From contig NC_092673.1 in assembly GCF_964355755.1 (NCBI RefSeq), positions 32,113,648-32,177,647 of the forward strand: 64,000 nt of DNA, read 5' to 3'. The position numbers and the translations under genes are program-made. This stretch comes from Antedon mediterranea. Its lineage: Eukaryota; Animalia; Echinodermata. The notes under the pieces were generated by a model that worked only from the letters and a program-made list of their open reading frames with translations, was not told the origin of the DNA and made no database searches. This document shows, piece after piece, positions 49,555-61,799 of the stretch (its first letter is position 1; each line of letters starts with the position of its first letter).

Positions 49555-52500
49555 ATGGCCGGTACTAGAGCACCCAAGCAATGGTGCTTAACCAAGAACG
49601 AAACTATAAATACATTCGAAAACTGGAAGCAAAACCTTATCTACACACTCTCACTTGATGCAAATTTTGCCCCATTTCTCCTAGATGGTTCTGTTTGGCG
49701 TCCCAAAACCAGGGCATCCCCCCTTCGCGGCTTAACTGACGACAATGAGGAGGTACCTGTTGCACGTCGTCATACCGCCCAACAAAAAATCACTATCCTT
49801 GAACTCATGCTCGGTCAGATCGCTAATTTTTGCCCTATAATTTCCCGGAATACCATTGTTAAAAGCTCCTCCTCACTTTCACAAATTTGGCAAACTATCC
49901 GACTGCATTATGGATTCCAGTCAACCGGCGCCCATTTTATTGATTTTGCTGATATACTTTTACAAGATAATGAAAGGCCGGAAGATCTCTATCAGCGCTT
50001 AGTTGCTTTCGTCCATGATAATTTACTACGTCAAGACGGGGGCATTTCCTACCATGACGCCCAAATACAGGAGGACGAAGAACTTTCACCCTCGTTGGAA
50101 AATTTGGTAGTTCTTACTTGGCTCTCTCTCATCCACAAAGGCCTTCCTAGGTTGGTTAAGCAAAGGTATGGTACTGAGCTCCGCACTCGAACTCTAGCGT
50201 CAGTGAAACCGGAGATTTCTCAAGCTTTAGACTCTCTCTTAGAAGAGTTACGAACTGCGGATGATGCGCGTGTTTTTCGGTCATCCACATTTCGCTCTCC
50301 TTCAGCTTTCACACCCCGCTCTACTGATTCTCGCCGAAATTCCAATGCTCGGCAGTCATTCTCCCGACCACAGTTTTCCCAACACAAGTCCTGTCCTATC
50401 TGTAAACAGAGCGGCCGATCGGACGACAAGCATTTCCTCAGTGAATGCCCTCACTTGCCCGAGTCAGACAGGAAATACATGGCTAAAGCCCGACAAATCG
50501 TTGGCATCATCGATGATGATAACACCTCGGATGAGCCTGGTGATAATAGTGCACCGTCGACAGCTTTACGAGTCCAAGTTCGCCAGTCCCCATACCTTGA
50601 CACATTTCACCAACACCACACAGCCAGAATCACACTAGACAGTGGGGCTACAGGAAACATGATTGCCTTTACTGCTGCCACTGCCCTTGGCGCCACCATT
50701 AAAAGTAGCTCTCAGTCTGCCCATCAGGCTGACGGATCTTCCCCACTTTCGGTCGTAGGCGAAACCACAATTATTCTCACAAGGGACGACAGAGAATTCA
50801 AATTTGAGGGTCTCGTTGTCGAAAAACTTGACGTCGACATTCTTGCCGGAACTCCTTTTATGGAGCTAAATGATATCGCCCTCCGACCTGCGAAGCGGGA
50901 AATCAAATTGGGTGACGGTACCACGTACATCTATGGTTCCCAGGTACAGGGCCTTCACCATAACACGGTTCGACGTGCTTGTGTGCTTCGTGCTCCTGAA
51001 GGGGAGACCACTATATGGCCGGGAGAATTTATCGAGGTAGCCATTCCGTCTGACTTCATCCAACAAGATGACGTGTTTGCTCTCGAACCACATAGTAAGG
51101 GTACGTTTCCTCGAACGTGGCCAAAGTTTGACTTGGTCTCTAGTGTTGCGGGAAGGGTACGTATCCCAAACTCCACCGACACACCTCAGGTCATCAAACG
51201 ACACGAACATTTTTGCCAAGTCCGACCCACCTTTGTGCCATTGTCGGCCGAAAATGCTATTCCCCAAAAGTCGCCATCTAAGCCCTGTAAGCCTCCTTCC
51301 TCTGTCGCGTTTTCTGATTATGTCAAGCTAGATCCAGACCATATCCTCCCACAGAATGTGAAATCCCAATTCCAATCCATTCTTACTGAATACGATGTTG
51401 TTTTCGATCCTATGATTAAAGCCTACAACGGCTCTGTTGGCCCATTCCAGGCTGTTGTTAACATGGGACCTGTACAGCCTCCTCAGAGGAAAGGTCGAGT
51501 TCCTCAGTACTCCAGAGATAAACTGGTTGAGCTACAGGACAAATTTGATGAGCTTGAGGAAGTGGGAGTATTTGTTCGCCCCGAGGACGTCGGTGTCCAA
51601 GTCGAATATCTTAACCCATCTTTCCTTGTCAAAAAAGAGAGTGGTGGTTACCGTCTGGTTACAGCATTCGCCGAGGTCGGACGATATGCAAAACCCCAAC
51701 CCTCCCTTATGCCGGATGTCAACTCCGTTCTACGTAACATCGCAAAATGGAAGCACATAATCACTACTGACCTCACAAAGGCCTTTTACCAGATTCCTTT
51801 GTCTCGCGCTTCTATGAAGTACTGCGGCGTTGCCACACCATTTCGAGGTGTGAGAGTTTATGCCCGGTGTGCCATGGGTATGCCTGGTTCAGAGACCGCC
51901 CTCGAAGAGCTGACTTGTCGGGTACTGGGGGATTTGATTAAGGAGGGAGTAGTAGCAAAGCTTGCGGATGACCTTTATTGTGGAGGGGACAGTTTAGAGG
52001 AGTTAATTTACAATTGGCGGCGTCTACTCCAATGCATTTACAAGTGTGGTCTGCGATTGTCTGCTAGCAAAACGGTGATTTGTCCACAAACTACAACCAT
52101 TCTTGGGTGGACCTGGTCCCTAGGTTCTATTCGCGCAAATACTCATCGTATTTCAACGTTGAAGGCATGCACTCCACCACCGACGGTAAGAGGTTTACGC
52201 TCGTTTATCGGGGCATATAAGGTGTTAGCACGCGTTTTACCTCAGTGCGCATCTCTCATCGCTCCACTGGAAGAAGCCATAGCCGGCTTACAGTCCAAAG
52301 AAACAATACATTGGTACGATGCCTTACATGAAGCATTTAAAGTAGCACAGAACGCACTTGACTCAAACAAGGTCATAGTTTTACCTCATCCCGATGACCA
52401 ACTGTGGATCGTTACGGATGGTGCTGTTAAAAGTCATGGTCTAGGCGCAACCTTATACGTTACTCGTGAATCCAAACCACAGTTAGCCGGCTTTTTTAGT

Positions 52501-54372
52501 GCCAAACTCCGTGCGCGTCAGGTCACATGGCTACCCTGCGAGATCGAAGCTTTGGCTATCGCGGCAGCCGTTAAACATTTTAGTCCTTTTATTATCCAGT
52601 CTCGACATAACACATGTGTCCTAACTGACAGTAAGCCATGCGTCCAAGCGCTTGAAAAGCTATGCAGGGGAGAATTCTCAGTCAGTCCCCGTGTGTCCAC
52701 CTTCCTGTCCACCGCTAGCAGGTACCAGATTTCTATTCGGCACCTGGCAGGCTCAGCCAACGTCCCATCCGACTTTGCTAGTCGCAATGCTCCACCATGC
52801 TCAGTTGACAACTGTCAGGTTTGCTCATTTGTCAACGGCGCGATAGAGTCAACGGTACTACGTTCATCGATACGTGATTTCATTACTGGAGACGCCAAAC
52901 TCCCGTTCACCAGTCGGCCAGCTTGGCTAGCCATCCAATCCGAGTGTCCAGACCTTCGGCGTGTAAAAGCTCATCTTATTCAAGGAACGCGTCCATCTAA
53001 AAAGTTAACCAATGTCAGGGACATTAAACGGTACCTTAACTGTTGTTCCATTGGAAGAGATGGTCTCCTTGTAGTCAACCGCACTGAACCACTCTCACTT
53101 AAGCATGAATGTATTATTGTCCCTCGCCCCGTATTAAACGGACTGCTGACATCACTTCACGTCCGGCTAGATCACCCAACTAGTCACCAACTTAAGTTAT
53201 CCGTTCGCCGCCACTTCTTTGCGCTTGACTTGGACAAAACCATCGAACAGGTGTCAGAATCGTGTCATCACTGTGCCTCGATCCGTACTGTACCCACCAC
53301 TGCAATTGAGCAGTCCACTGATGATCCTCCGTCGAAGCTCGGAGTCACCTTTGCCGCCGATGTCCTAAAACGCGAGCGTCAACTTATTCTTGTTGTCAGA
53401 GAGACGGTGACGTCTTACACCCTTTCGTGTTTAATCAGCGATGAGAAGCACGATACTCTCCGTGATACCTTGATTCGCTTATGCATTGGCATGTGCCCCG
53501 TGGAGGGCCCCTCAGCAACCATCCGCACAGACCCTGCCCCGGGCTTCATGGCACTCGTCCACGATCCCGTCTTACTGAAACATAGGATTTCGATCGAAAT
53601 TGGCAGAGTTAAAAACATCAACAAAAACCCGGTTGGAGAGAAAGCTGTACGCGAATTGTCAGAAGAGTTACTTCGGCAAGAGCCTGGTGGTGGTCCCATC
53701 TCACCGACGGTGCTTGCTGTCGCCACATCTCGTCTTAACTCCCGTATCCGAACACGAGGATTGTCGTCTCGCGAAATGTGGACACAGCGAGATCAGTTCA
53801 CTCATGACCAAATCTCTATTTCTGACCGCAAGTTGATTATCAGCCAACAGCACCTCAGAGCCTCTAATCACGCGCACAGCGAAAAGTCTAAGGCACCCGT
53901 CGCGTGTGCAGCACCTGACGTTTCTATTACGGTTGGTGATTTAGTCTACCTGTGGACAGATCGTCGCAAGACCTGTGCACGAGATCGCTATCTCGTTGTT
54001 TCTGTAGATGGAAAGTGGTGCAACGTCCGAAAGTTTACGCACTCACAATTGAGAAGCGCTACTTATCGTGTAAAGAAATCAGAGTGTTTTACTGTACCGA
54101 CTGACGTTCATCATTCTCCCACACCAACCTCACAACGCCACTGCGACACCTCTGATGAAGAACCTGATTTCACAGTTGATCCGTCTCCATTTCCTCCACC
54201 CGAGGTACCGTCAACTCTTTCTGCCTCTCCTGATGAGGTGAACGATAAGTCATCATCCATACAGACCCCGGAAGAATCACCAATGGAAGTTCCAGCACAG
54301 TTGTCTCATCGCACATCCACACGTTCACGCAGATTTCCTAGACATCTCGCTGACTACGTTCTTGATTTATAA
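49555..54372 (+). CDS. Gag-Pol polyprotein (single ORF, 1605 aa from ATG)
   Basis: Zn knuckle CPIC...H....C, protease LDSGA, RT DLTKAFYQ and LADD, RNase H TDGA/EIE/TDSK/SDFASR, integrase HHCC and ADV..TDPAPGF..GEKAV; order PR-RT-RH-IN. Confidence 0.95.
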   Translation: MAGTRAPKQWCLTKNETINTFENWKQNLIYTLSLDANFAPFLLDGSVWRPKTRASPLRGLTDDNEEVPVARRHTAQQKITILELMLGQIANFCPIISRNTIVKSSSSLSQIWQTIRLHYGFQSTGAHFIDFADILLQDNERPEDLYQRLVAFVHDNLLRQDGGISYHDAQIQEDEELSPSLENLVVLTWLSLIHKGLPRLVKQRYGTELRTRTLASVKPEISQALDSLLEELRTADDARVFRSSTFRSPSAFTPRSTDSRRNSNARQSFSRPQFSQHKSCPICKQSGRSDDKHFLSECPHLPESDRKYMAKARQIVGIIDDDNTSDEPGDNSAPSTALRVQVRQSPYLDTFHQHHTARITLDSGATGNMIAFTAATALGATIKSSSQSAHQADGSSPLSVVGETTIILTRDDREFKFEGLVVEKLDVDILAGTPFMELNDIALRPAKREIKLGDGTTYIYGSQVQGLHHNTVRRACVLRAPEGETTIWPGEFIEVAIPSDFIQQDDVFALEPHSKGTFPRTWPKFDLVSSVAGRVRIPNSTDTPQVIKRHEHFCQVRPTFVPLSAENAIPQKSPSKPCKPPSSVAFSDYVKLDPDHILPQNVKSQFQSILTEYDVVFDPMIKAYNGSVGPFQAVVNMGPVQPPQRKGRVPQYSRDKLVELQDKFDELEEVGVFVRPEDVGVQVEYLNPSFLVKKESGGYRLVTAFAEVGRYAKPQPSLMPDVNSVLRNIAKWKHIITTDLTKAFYQIPLSRASMKYCGVATPFRGVRVYARCAMGMPGSETALEELTCRVLGDLIKEGVVAKLADDLYCGGDSLEELIYNWRRLLQCIYKCGLRLSASKTVICPQTTTILGWTWSLGSIRANTHRISTLKACTPPPTVRGLRSFIGAYKVLARVLPQCASLIAPLEEAIAGLQSKETIHWYDALHEAFKVAQNALDSNKVIVLPHPDDQLWIVTDGAVKSHGLGATLYVTRESKPQLAGFFSAKLRARQVTWLPCEIEALAIAAAVKHFSPFIIQSRHNTCVLTDSKPCVQALEKLCRGEFSVSPRVSTFLSTASRYQISIRHLAGSANVPSDFASRNAPPCSVDNCQVCSFVNGAIESTVLRSSIRDFITGDAKLPFTSRPAWLAIQSECPDLRRVKAHLIQGTRPSKKLTNVRDIKRYLNCCSIGRDGLLVVNRTEPLSLKHECIIVPRPVLNGLLTSLHVRLDHPTSHQLKLSVRRHFFALDLDKTIEQVSESCHHCASIRTVPTTAIEQSTDDPPSKLGVTFAADVLKRERQLILVVRETVTSYTLSCLISDEKHDTLRDTLIRLCIGMCPVEGPSATIRTDPAPGFMALVHDPVLLKHRISIEIGRVKNINKNPVGEKAVRELSEELLRQEPGGGPISPTVLAVATSRLNSRIRTRGLSSREMWTQRDQFTHDQISISDRKLIISQQHLRASNHAHSEKSKAPVACAAPDVSITVGDLVYLWTDRRKTCARDRYLVVSVDGKWCNVRKFTHSQLRSATYRVKKSECFTVPTDVHHSPTPTSQRHCDTSDEEPDFTVDPSPFPPPEVPSTLSASPDEVNDKSSSIQTPEESPMEVPAQLSHRTSTRSRRFPRHLADYVLDL

Positions 54373-54490
54373 TGTTTCATTCGTATTATATAGTTAAGTT
54401 TCGACCATTCAATTTAGATTTTGAGTGCTTTTGCTTGCTTTGTTTTGTTTTTGACTTGTGTTTTATGAGAAGAGAAAAAAAAAATGATTA

Positions 54491-54651
54491 CGCCAGTCTA
54501 GCGCCCCCTATCTGGGTAGACTTATATATCATGGCCGCTGGTTGTTATGTTATTGTTGTGATATTTGGTTTTGACCAATAAAGATCTTATTCTACTTGAG
54601 TCTTACGTGTCCGGTCGTCTTTATTGTGGTGTGCCTTTTGCCTTACTGGCG
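54491..54651 (+). repeat. 3' LTR
   Basis: 160/161 identical to the 5' LTR. Confidence 0.93.
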
Positions 54652-57600
54652 CAAAGTCCTTAATTACATTGTTACAAGAATTGTTTGTTGGAAAAAACAC
54701 TGATCTCAAGGTAGCATCGATTGGACAAGCTATTATGCAAGCTACGAGGCCAAGAGTTCTTCTAGCCCCACTGCAATTTGGATTGGCAGTTGAGATGCAT
54801 CACCAATTTTCATCAAGATTCGTCGTTGACACACTACACAAGCATGGTTTCAGTTGTTCTTACTCCGAAGTCCAAAAATTTGAGAAAAGTGCTGCTTTAA
54901 CACATGGAACTGAGATCCCTGGACCGGACTCAGAAAGATGCATTCAATTTGTTGCTGATAATGTAGATCACAATATACGAACTCTTGATGGCTTTGGAAC
55001 ATTTCATGGAATGGGAATCATTGCCACTTTTACACCAGAAAAATGTCTACATAAACCTGTACCTAGAATGTCAGTTACAACAGATGACATCATCAAAGTA
55101 GGCAGGATTAACATCAAAACTTTCAAATCCCAGCACACAGGACGCAGTCCATTAACATACAAAGAACTTCAATCAATGGAAGTGTATGATTCAACGTATC
55201 ATGTTGATCTTTTGTGGGACGTGGTATTTGCTCTTCGCCCCAAAAAGCCTGGGTGGTCAGGTCTAATGCAGGCCGTACATCATGGTAATTATCCTGGAAA
55301 ATCATCGGTGCAATTCCTGCCCATGATAGATTTAAATCCATCTGACATGTCATGTATCTTCTCCACACTCTCGTATGTTTGTGAACAAGCTAAGGCATAC
55401 AATGTCACACCCGTTATTACATTTGATCAACCACTTTGGTGGAAAGCCATGATGATTATTGAATCAGAGCCAGATTGCAGTTATCTGAAGTCCATTGTCC
55501 TGAGACTAGGGGGCTTACATATGGAAATAAGCTTCTTAGGCTGCATTGGTTACATTATGGCAGGAAGTGGTCTACAAGAGATCCTTGAAGTAGCATATGC
55601 AGGAAATGCTGTCAAGCATATGCTGAGTGGAAAAGCAATCTCCAGAGCAGTACGAGGACATCTCTTGGTTGATGCTGCCTTACATACCATATTACTAGCT
55701 AATGCATATAATCTTCCTATATCCACTTTTCAACCTGATCAACTACAACACAATCGAGACACGGAAACAACAGAACTTTCAGAAGAAATGGAAATAGAAG
55801 TTGATGCTGACATTATTCCAAACACACGGCCAGATCAAGATTTGCTCGAAGCCAGTAAGATTTTGGATAATGTAATAAATTATCCAGACGCTCATATCGA
55901 CCTTTCCTCTTCAGATGTCCTTACAAGAATTACTCATAGATTAAAAGAAGAGCGGAACTTACTTAGTGATAAAAGGACTGCCCAACTCTGGTTGCAATAT
56001 TTGGACATGGTTGCTGTTTTATAAAAATTCATAAAAGCTGAACGTATAGGGAATTGGACTTTACATCTTTCAGCAGTAAAGGATATGTTACCTTTTTTTG
56101 CTGCGGCTGGGCATAACCTGTACACAAAATCTGCGTATCTGTACATGCAAAAAATTTGCCAACTCGAAAAGACTCACCCCAATGTCTACACCAACTTCAT
56201 AAATGGTTTTCATGTGATTAGAAGAAGTGATCGGTACTGGGCAGGACTATCTACCGATCTTATTATTGAGCAAGTCCTAATGAGAAGTGTCAAAACAAGT
56301 GGTGGGTTAACGAGAGGTAGAGGGATGACAGAAGTTCAACGGTTGACCTGGGTACTGGGAATGCCTTCTTGTGCCGAGGTAAACTTTGCAATGCAAGAGC
56401 TCACCAGTGTTAACTACAACACTAGTGAGCAACACAAAGACACATCACAATCTCGTCAAAAAAGAGACACAGAAGATACTTATAAACTAATCGAAGCATT
56501 CAAGGAGTGGGATCCATTTGGTAGTGAGTCATCACTACGTAGCATAGTAAGTGGTGTTGCTGCTACTGACAATGTAAATGTTGACCAGGCAAGGTCTGTG
56601 GGCCAGTGTATACTTGAATCGATGGTTGGAAAGAACATTGATGAGTTCTCTTTCCAAAGAAAAAAACAAGCAGTCACACTTGGATCCAAAACAACTGTTG
56701 TCATTTGCGGAGATCCAGTCCAAGTTGATCCACAATTACTCTTTCAGCGATTAAGTGTTATCGCCAGACGTGAAGAGGAGGAAGATCCCGCAAATTTATT
56801 TAAATATGAACTTTGCAGTCATCCAACTGCATTATTCGATAATGTAGGTCTTCCAAGGGAGGCAAATAAGGCGACACTAGCCGATGCTCTTTGGGAGATT
56901 GTAAAGCAGGATCAGACAGACCCCCCTAATGATCCACATTATGTGCTTGATGGTGGTGCCCTCTTGCAACGTTTACCATGGTCAAGAGGTCAAACATTTG
57001 ACAGTATTTGTCATACGTATGTATCATATGTGACAAGTCGGTATGGAATTCCAACTATTGTAATTGATGGTTATGAAGATGGACCTGCAATCAAAGATGC
57101 TACACACTGCAGACGTACAGGCAGTTCCAGGGGACCAAATGTTTTATTTACAGGAGAGACTTCGCTAATTATGAAGAAAAATGAATTTCTGACCAACAAA
57201 GTAAACAAGCAACGATTTCTTCATTTGCTCAGTTTACATCTTGAAAAGGCAGGTTGTACAACAATTCATGCCAAAGGAGATGCAGATATCCTAATTGTCA
57301 AGACAGCAGTTGAGTCAGCAAGGGTTGTTAACACAGTTCTTGTTGGTGACGATACTGATTTGCTAATCCTGCTGTGCTATTATGGAGATACAATTGAGAA
57401 GGACCTCTTTTTTATACCAGAAATAAAGACCAACACCAAAAAGCACAAGGTATGGAACATACAGAAAACAGTGATGATCTTGGGGAATAAATTATGTTCC
57501 AGACTTCTCTTTGTGCATGCTTTACTTGGATGCGACACAACGTCGAGAGTATTTGGTATAGGAAAACATGTAGCACTGAAGCAAGTCCAGAATAGTATTG

Positions 57601-59154
57601 ATTTCCAGCAATTTGCTGATCTGTTTACTAAAGAGGGTGCGACAAAGAAAGATATAATTGCAGCAGGAGAGGACTCTCTGATTCAGCTCTATAAGGGCAA
57701 GTATGGTGAAAGTATAGACGTTCTACGGTACAAGCGATTCTGTGAGAAGGTGGCAAAGAGTAGCACATGTGTTGAACCTCAGACATTGCCTCCAACATCT
57801 GCAGCTGCACAATACCATAGTCGGCGAGTATATTTTCAGATACAAACATGGAAACAGACTGCTGCACAAATGAAAGCAGAAGAATGGGGATGGAAGGTAA
57901 CTGATGGACAACTGCTGCCATTACAAACACATCTCCCCGCTGCACCTGAAAAGTTGATGAAGATAATCAGATGTAACTGCAAAACTGGTTGCAGTACTAG
58001 CAGATGCACTTGTAAACGATATTCAATTAGTTGTACATGGATATGTGGGGTGTGCAAAGGTTCCAGTTGCACAAACTCTTCTTCCTTAGATATAGATGAT
58101 CTCAGTGATAATGATTGATATGCTTTACAACATTTGAAATTCCAGAATAATAAAGTGCTTTATTTATTCCCGATTATTATTAAGCAGCTAAAATCAAGAA
58201 CAATATTACACTGAACATACTTTAGATCCGAATTTGCATAAATTATATGCAAATTTGATTTAAATTTTAAAATCAAGGTGGTTCTTTAGACATTGTTTAA
58301 TTGAATCCAAATTTAAGATCCTTGTTGCGTGATTACTGTATGAAGGAGCTAATTACAAATTATACATAATCCTATTAATTTTATTCTGAATTCACTATTA
58401 AAAAAAAATACGACATTTGCAATGTTAATTTCGCGTAATATGCAAATTTTATTCAAATTTATTTAGTTTACTCTTTCTATTGACCATGAAATGTGAGTTT
58501 TAATGCTTAGTTTGATTGAATTGCAGCATTTTATGCACATTTATAAAGAAAATAGATTAATTCATCATCAAAAAAGGCTAATTTGCATATTATGCAAATT
58601 AGACAAATTTCCCATGTTGGGATTTTGGGGGACTTTTAGTATAGTGTTTAGGGGACCATACTAAAATGCATTGTGGTAAAAAAAATTCTTTTGCAATTAG
58701 TGGTGGGTGAAGGTACTATTTTGACTGGACTATATATAACAATTGGGCAATTAAAAAATAATTTAATAGTGGCAATGCAATCAAAACAGGTAGGAAGATA
58801 TGTAAAACTATACTACATGCAAAAGAATAAGAATATTTATATATTTACACAACAGGCACAGAACATGAATTGAAAACTGTGATATACTAAAATTTAATTA
58901 ATTAATTTTGAAACGATAAAGATGAGAAAATTTGTGAGAGTCAGAAAAAGTAGCCCCATCCATACACCAACATTGTTCTTCACCCCACTCTAACAATGGT
59001 AGAATCCAGTTGATGTTGATTTCCTCACTCATTCTAGCTATTAATGTTAGTAAAAACTGTATGATTAAAGAACTAAAACCCAGAAAATTAACATTTGGCT
59101 ATACATGGATGGACAAAATATTGAATACAATAGGCCTATCCGTAGAATGTACTG

Positions 59155-60161
59155 TTATTAGGTTATATGCATTATCGTGCATATAACCTCTTGATTCTGT
59201 CAAAATCTTTGTTTATTTATTCTTTCCTTAGCACTATTTTGTCCGTTAATTATCTTGATATCAGTTTCATCTAGCTAAGTCAATTTTTCAGAGTATATAC
59301 CTTATGGCCAGGAATCGATGTGGTTATGTTTTCAAGGTGCGCAATCAAAAATTACGCGGTCTACGCGCGATTTAACGAAATCACGTTTGTAATCATATCT
59401 TCACAAGCATCTATATATAAATTAGGCGAGCACAATGCAAAAACTTCTCTACAAAGAAATAATTTCGACAATCAAACAAATTATGACATTTTCTTAGGCC
59501 GAAATAACAAACTTAACATTAACTTTCTTTCTTAAGAAGTTCATATATTAAATTTAAAAGTATATAGTTTGACAGTGCATCGTTTTTTACATTTGTAAAG
59601 ATGTCATCATAGTAAAAATTAAAAATTCATTGCGGTATTTAATAATCTATTTGCACCAAAGAGGTTACTGCATAGTAAATGCACGGGGAAATTTTTCTTC
59701 AACTTTTTGTCAGTTGTGTATGTCTCGGTGGTCTGTGCTCGTGTCTATGGCATTCAAGGTACCGAGATCGAGTCTCACCTTGGGAAACAAAATAAGATTT
59801 TTTTTTTTTAAATATCCGTATTGTTTATTCAAATTTATTTCTTAGTGTATAGATTATACACATGATTTATAATGAAATCTAGATAAAAAGTAACTTATGT
59901 CTTTATTATTATGTAACAACAAATGTGGTTTATGATATTATACGCAGAGGGATCTTTGATTTTTTTTTTTGAATTTCTTTATTTAGTGATCGGATTGTGA
60001 TATCGGCTATTGTATTCGCGTTAGCAAGGTCCTATCATATTATAAATAATTAAAGATTCTGAGAAAAACAATCAATCAATATATCTTTTAAAAATCAATT
60101 ATCTTTATTTAAATCAATGCATATAACCTATAATTCGTCATAGTGACGAATTAAATCTAGT
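59155..60161 (+). mobile_element. HINE, family GGTTATATGCA (internally deleted copy)
   Basis: Homologous to 6314-7752; same termini; central part replaced by a Helitron 5' stub at 59410-59447. Confidence 0.8.
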
Positions 60162-61799
60162 TATTGTTATTTTTATTTTGTGTAGAATATATTGAATCGC
60201 AAGATCGCTTCGATGTGACGCACAGAACGTTGCGGAAATCATAACAACACTTTAACCAGTGAGTTGTTTGGTATTGATCAATTTTGCTTAGTTATGAAGA
60301 GAGAGAAGGTGGCTTAGAGACAGTATCTGAAAGAAAATCTACAAATCATGATGTACTCTTATAGACTTTAGACTCATTGCAGTGTAAGGTAATTAAATAT
60401 TAGATTCATAGTCCTCAGTATGCACAATGATTATCTACTATCACATATTAAAATATAAAACAATCATATAGCCTTTAATGAATTTACATGGAGGTCTATC
60501 CAAATAAATTTAAATAAAAGGGTCGTAATATGTCTTTGTCACTCTCCAGCTCGTGGAAAATAAAGTTAGGATTCCATCATTTCAACAACAAAAAATATTC
60601 AGAATATCCTGCCAGTTTGCGTACAAGAATATAACCTGCTTAGTTTTTAATACGAGTACTGCTTTCTATACACATACCTTTGATTTCTGCAAAAAAAAAT
60701 AAAATCTCTGTAATAATGTACTTTAATTACGGTAATAATCTAGGCGTAGGTTACGTTGACCGGGCCAGTGACAGGACGATCGACTGTACTACCATAAGTC
60801 CTCTAGGTGGATACAATTTATTTCTTGTCTACAAAGTGTACAGTAGTATGCTAATTAGGTAGTTGGAGTAGTTTGGAGAGAAACATCTATTTATAAGAGA
60901 GTACTGTATATATCAAACTATCTGTGTTGGCCGCCTTTGTATTTTTAGATATTAATACCAATAGGTACCATGTATTGGGATGCAAATTAACAGTTAGGCC
61001 TATGAATAAAAAATCTCTATATGATGCTTTAGTGCATTTTTCAGCTGTGAAATATAAAATTGTTAATTGAAAAAGAAAATTTAGGGTGATCATCCCAGTA
61101 TTTACATTCTAAATTGGATACTTCATGCAACAATAGGCATAAACGATTTTTAAATTAACAGGTATAAAAGCAAATTGAAAGCCCTACGTACTCTGTATTT
61201 GGAGGAAATAAGCATAAGAGCAAATAAAGCCTTGACCACAGGATGTAATTCACTATTTTGAATCGGTAGTACGACTACTGTCGCACTTATGTGTTGGACC
61301 ATACTGTAATGTGGTCCAGGTCGACGGGCCAGAATGATGGTAGTGCCAGTATATCGTTTACTGTAGTTTAGCCTCAAGGCAATACCATGTAGCTGGAGTA
61401 CCTTGGAAAAATACAGTAGAGATTTATGAGACTTGGTGTGTGATGATTCAGTATGATAATTTGTCCTGTGAAAGAAAAAATTGTTGAACTATGAATAAAA
61501 TATTGTAAAATATAATAAGGAAATTATACTATAGTATAATTAAGGGGGAACCGTATAATATATAATTATAATAAATGCAATGGCAATTACTAATATAATT
61601 ATGTATACAAAAACAATATTACATTTAAATTCATATATTATTTTATTATGATAAGGAAATTTGTTTTAGAATGAGAAAAAGCCGCCCCAACCCAGCTATC
61701 AATAAAGCTACAGTATAAACAGAATGAATAGACCATTATTGTAACCGGTCTGGGTATAGCATATACCTATTCTACTCTAGGCCTAGTAAGATTAGCTAG

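Larger units (their letters stand above)
49196..54651 (+). mobile_element. Intact Gypsy/Ty3-type LTR retrotransposon
   Basis: 161-bp LTRs at 49196-49356 and 54491-54651 (1 mismatch), PBS TGGTGGCAGC, purine tract GAGAAGAGAAAAAAAAAA before the 3' LTR, TSD CAA. Confidence 0.95.
47736..58118 (+). pseudogene. Academ transposase-XPG-CXC protein, disrupted
   Basis: Segments 47736-47769 (putative first exon), 48206-49195 and 54655-58118 rejoin in frame (EFIP|KSLITLL). Motifs: QFVADNVD, ITFDQPL, RLGGLH, DLIIEQ, VLDGGALL, IVIDGY, GDAD, GDDTDL, GCDTTS..GIGK, CNCKTGC..RCTC..CTWICGVC. One in-frame TAA at 56022-56024 and a Gypsy insertion. Confidence 0.85.
46841..58732 (+). mobile_element. Academ (AcademX) DNA transposon
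   Basis: TAGTCCAGTCAA...TTGACTGGACTA termini, ~200-bp imperfect TIRs, 3-bp TSD TAT; ~1495-aa protein with transposase, XPG/FEN1-like and Cys-rich domains. Confidence 0.85.

Noticed and set aside
50220-53836. Overlapping and antisense ORFs within gag-pol
   Set aside because: Short, motif-free, and expected in GC-richer coding DNA
56022-56024. Programmed stop-codon readthrough or two-gene organisation in Academ
   Set aside because: The TAA falls within a conserved stretch (VL*KFIKAERIGNW) of a normally single ORF, in a copy already disrupted by the Gypsy insertion; a simple nonsense mutation is more parsimonious
61150-61465. Possible minus-strand exon with a good acceptor at ~61466
   Set aside because: One frame is open but yields no recognisable protein, and I could not link it to other exons
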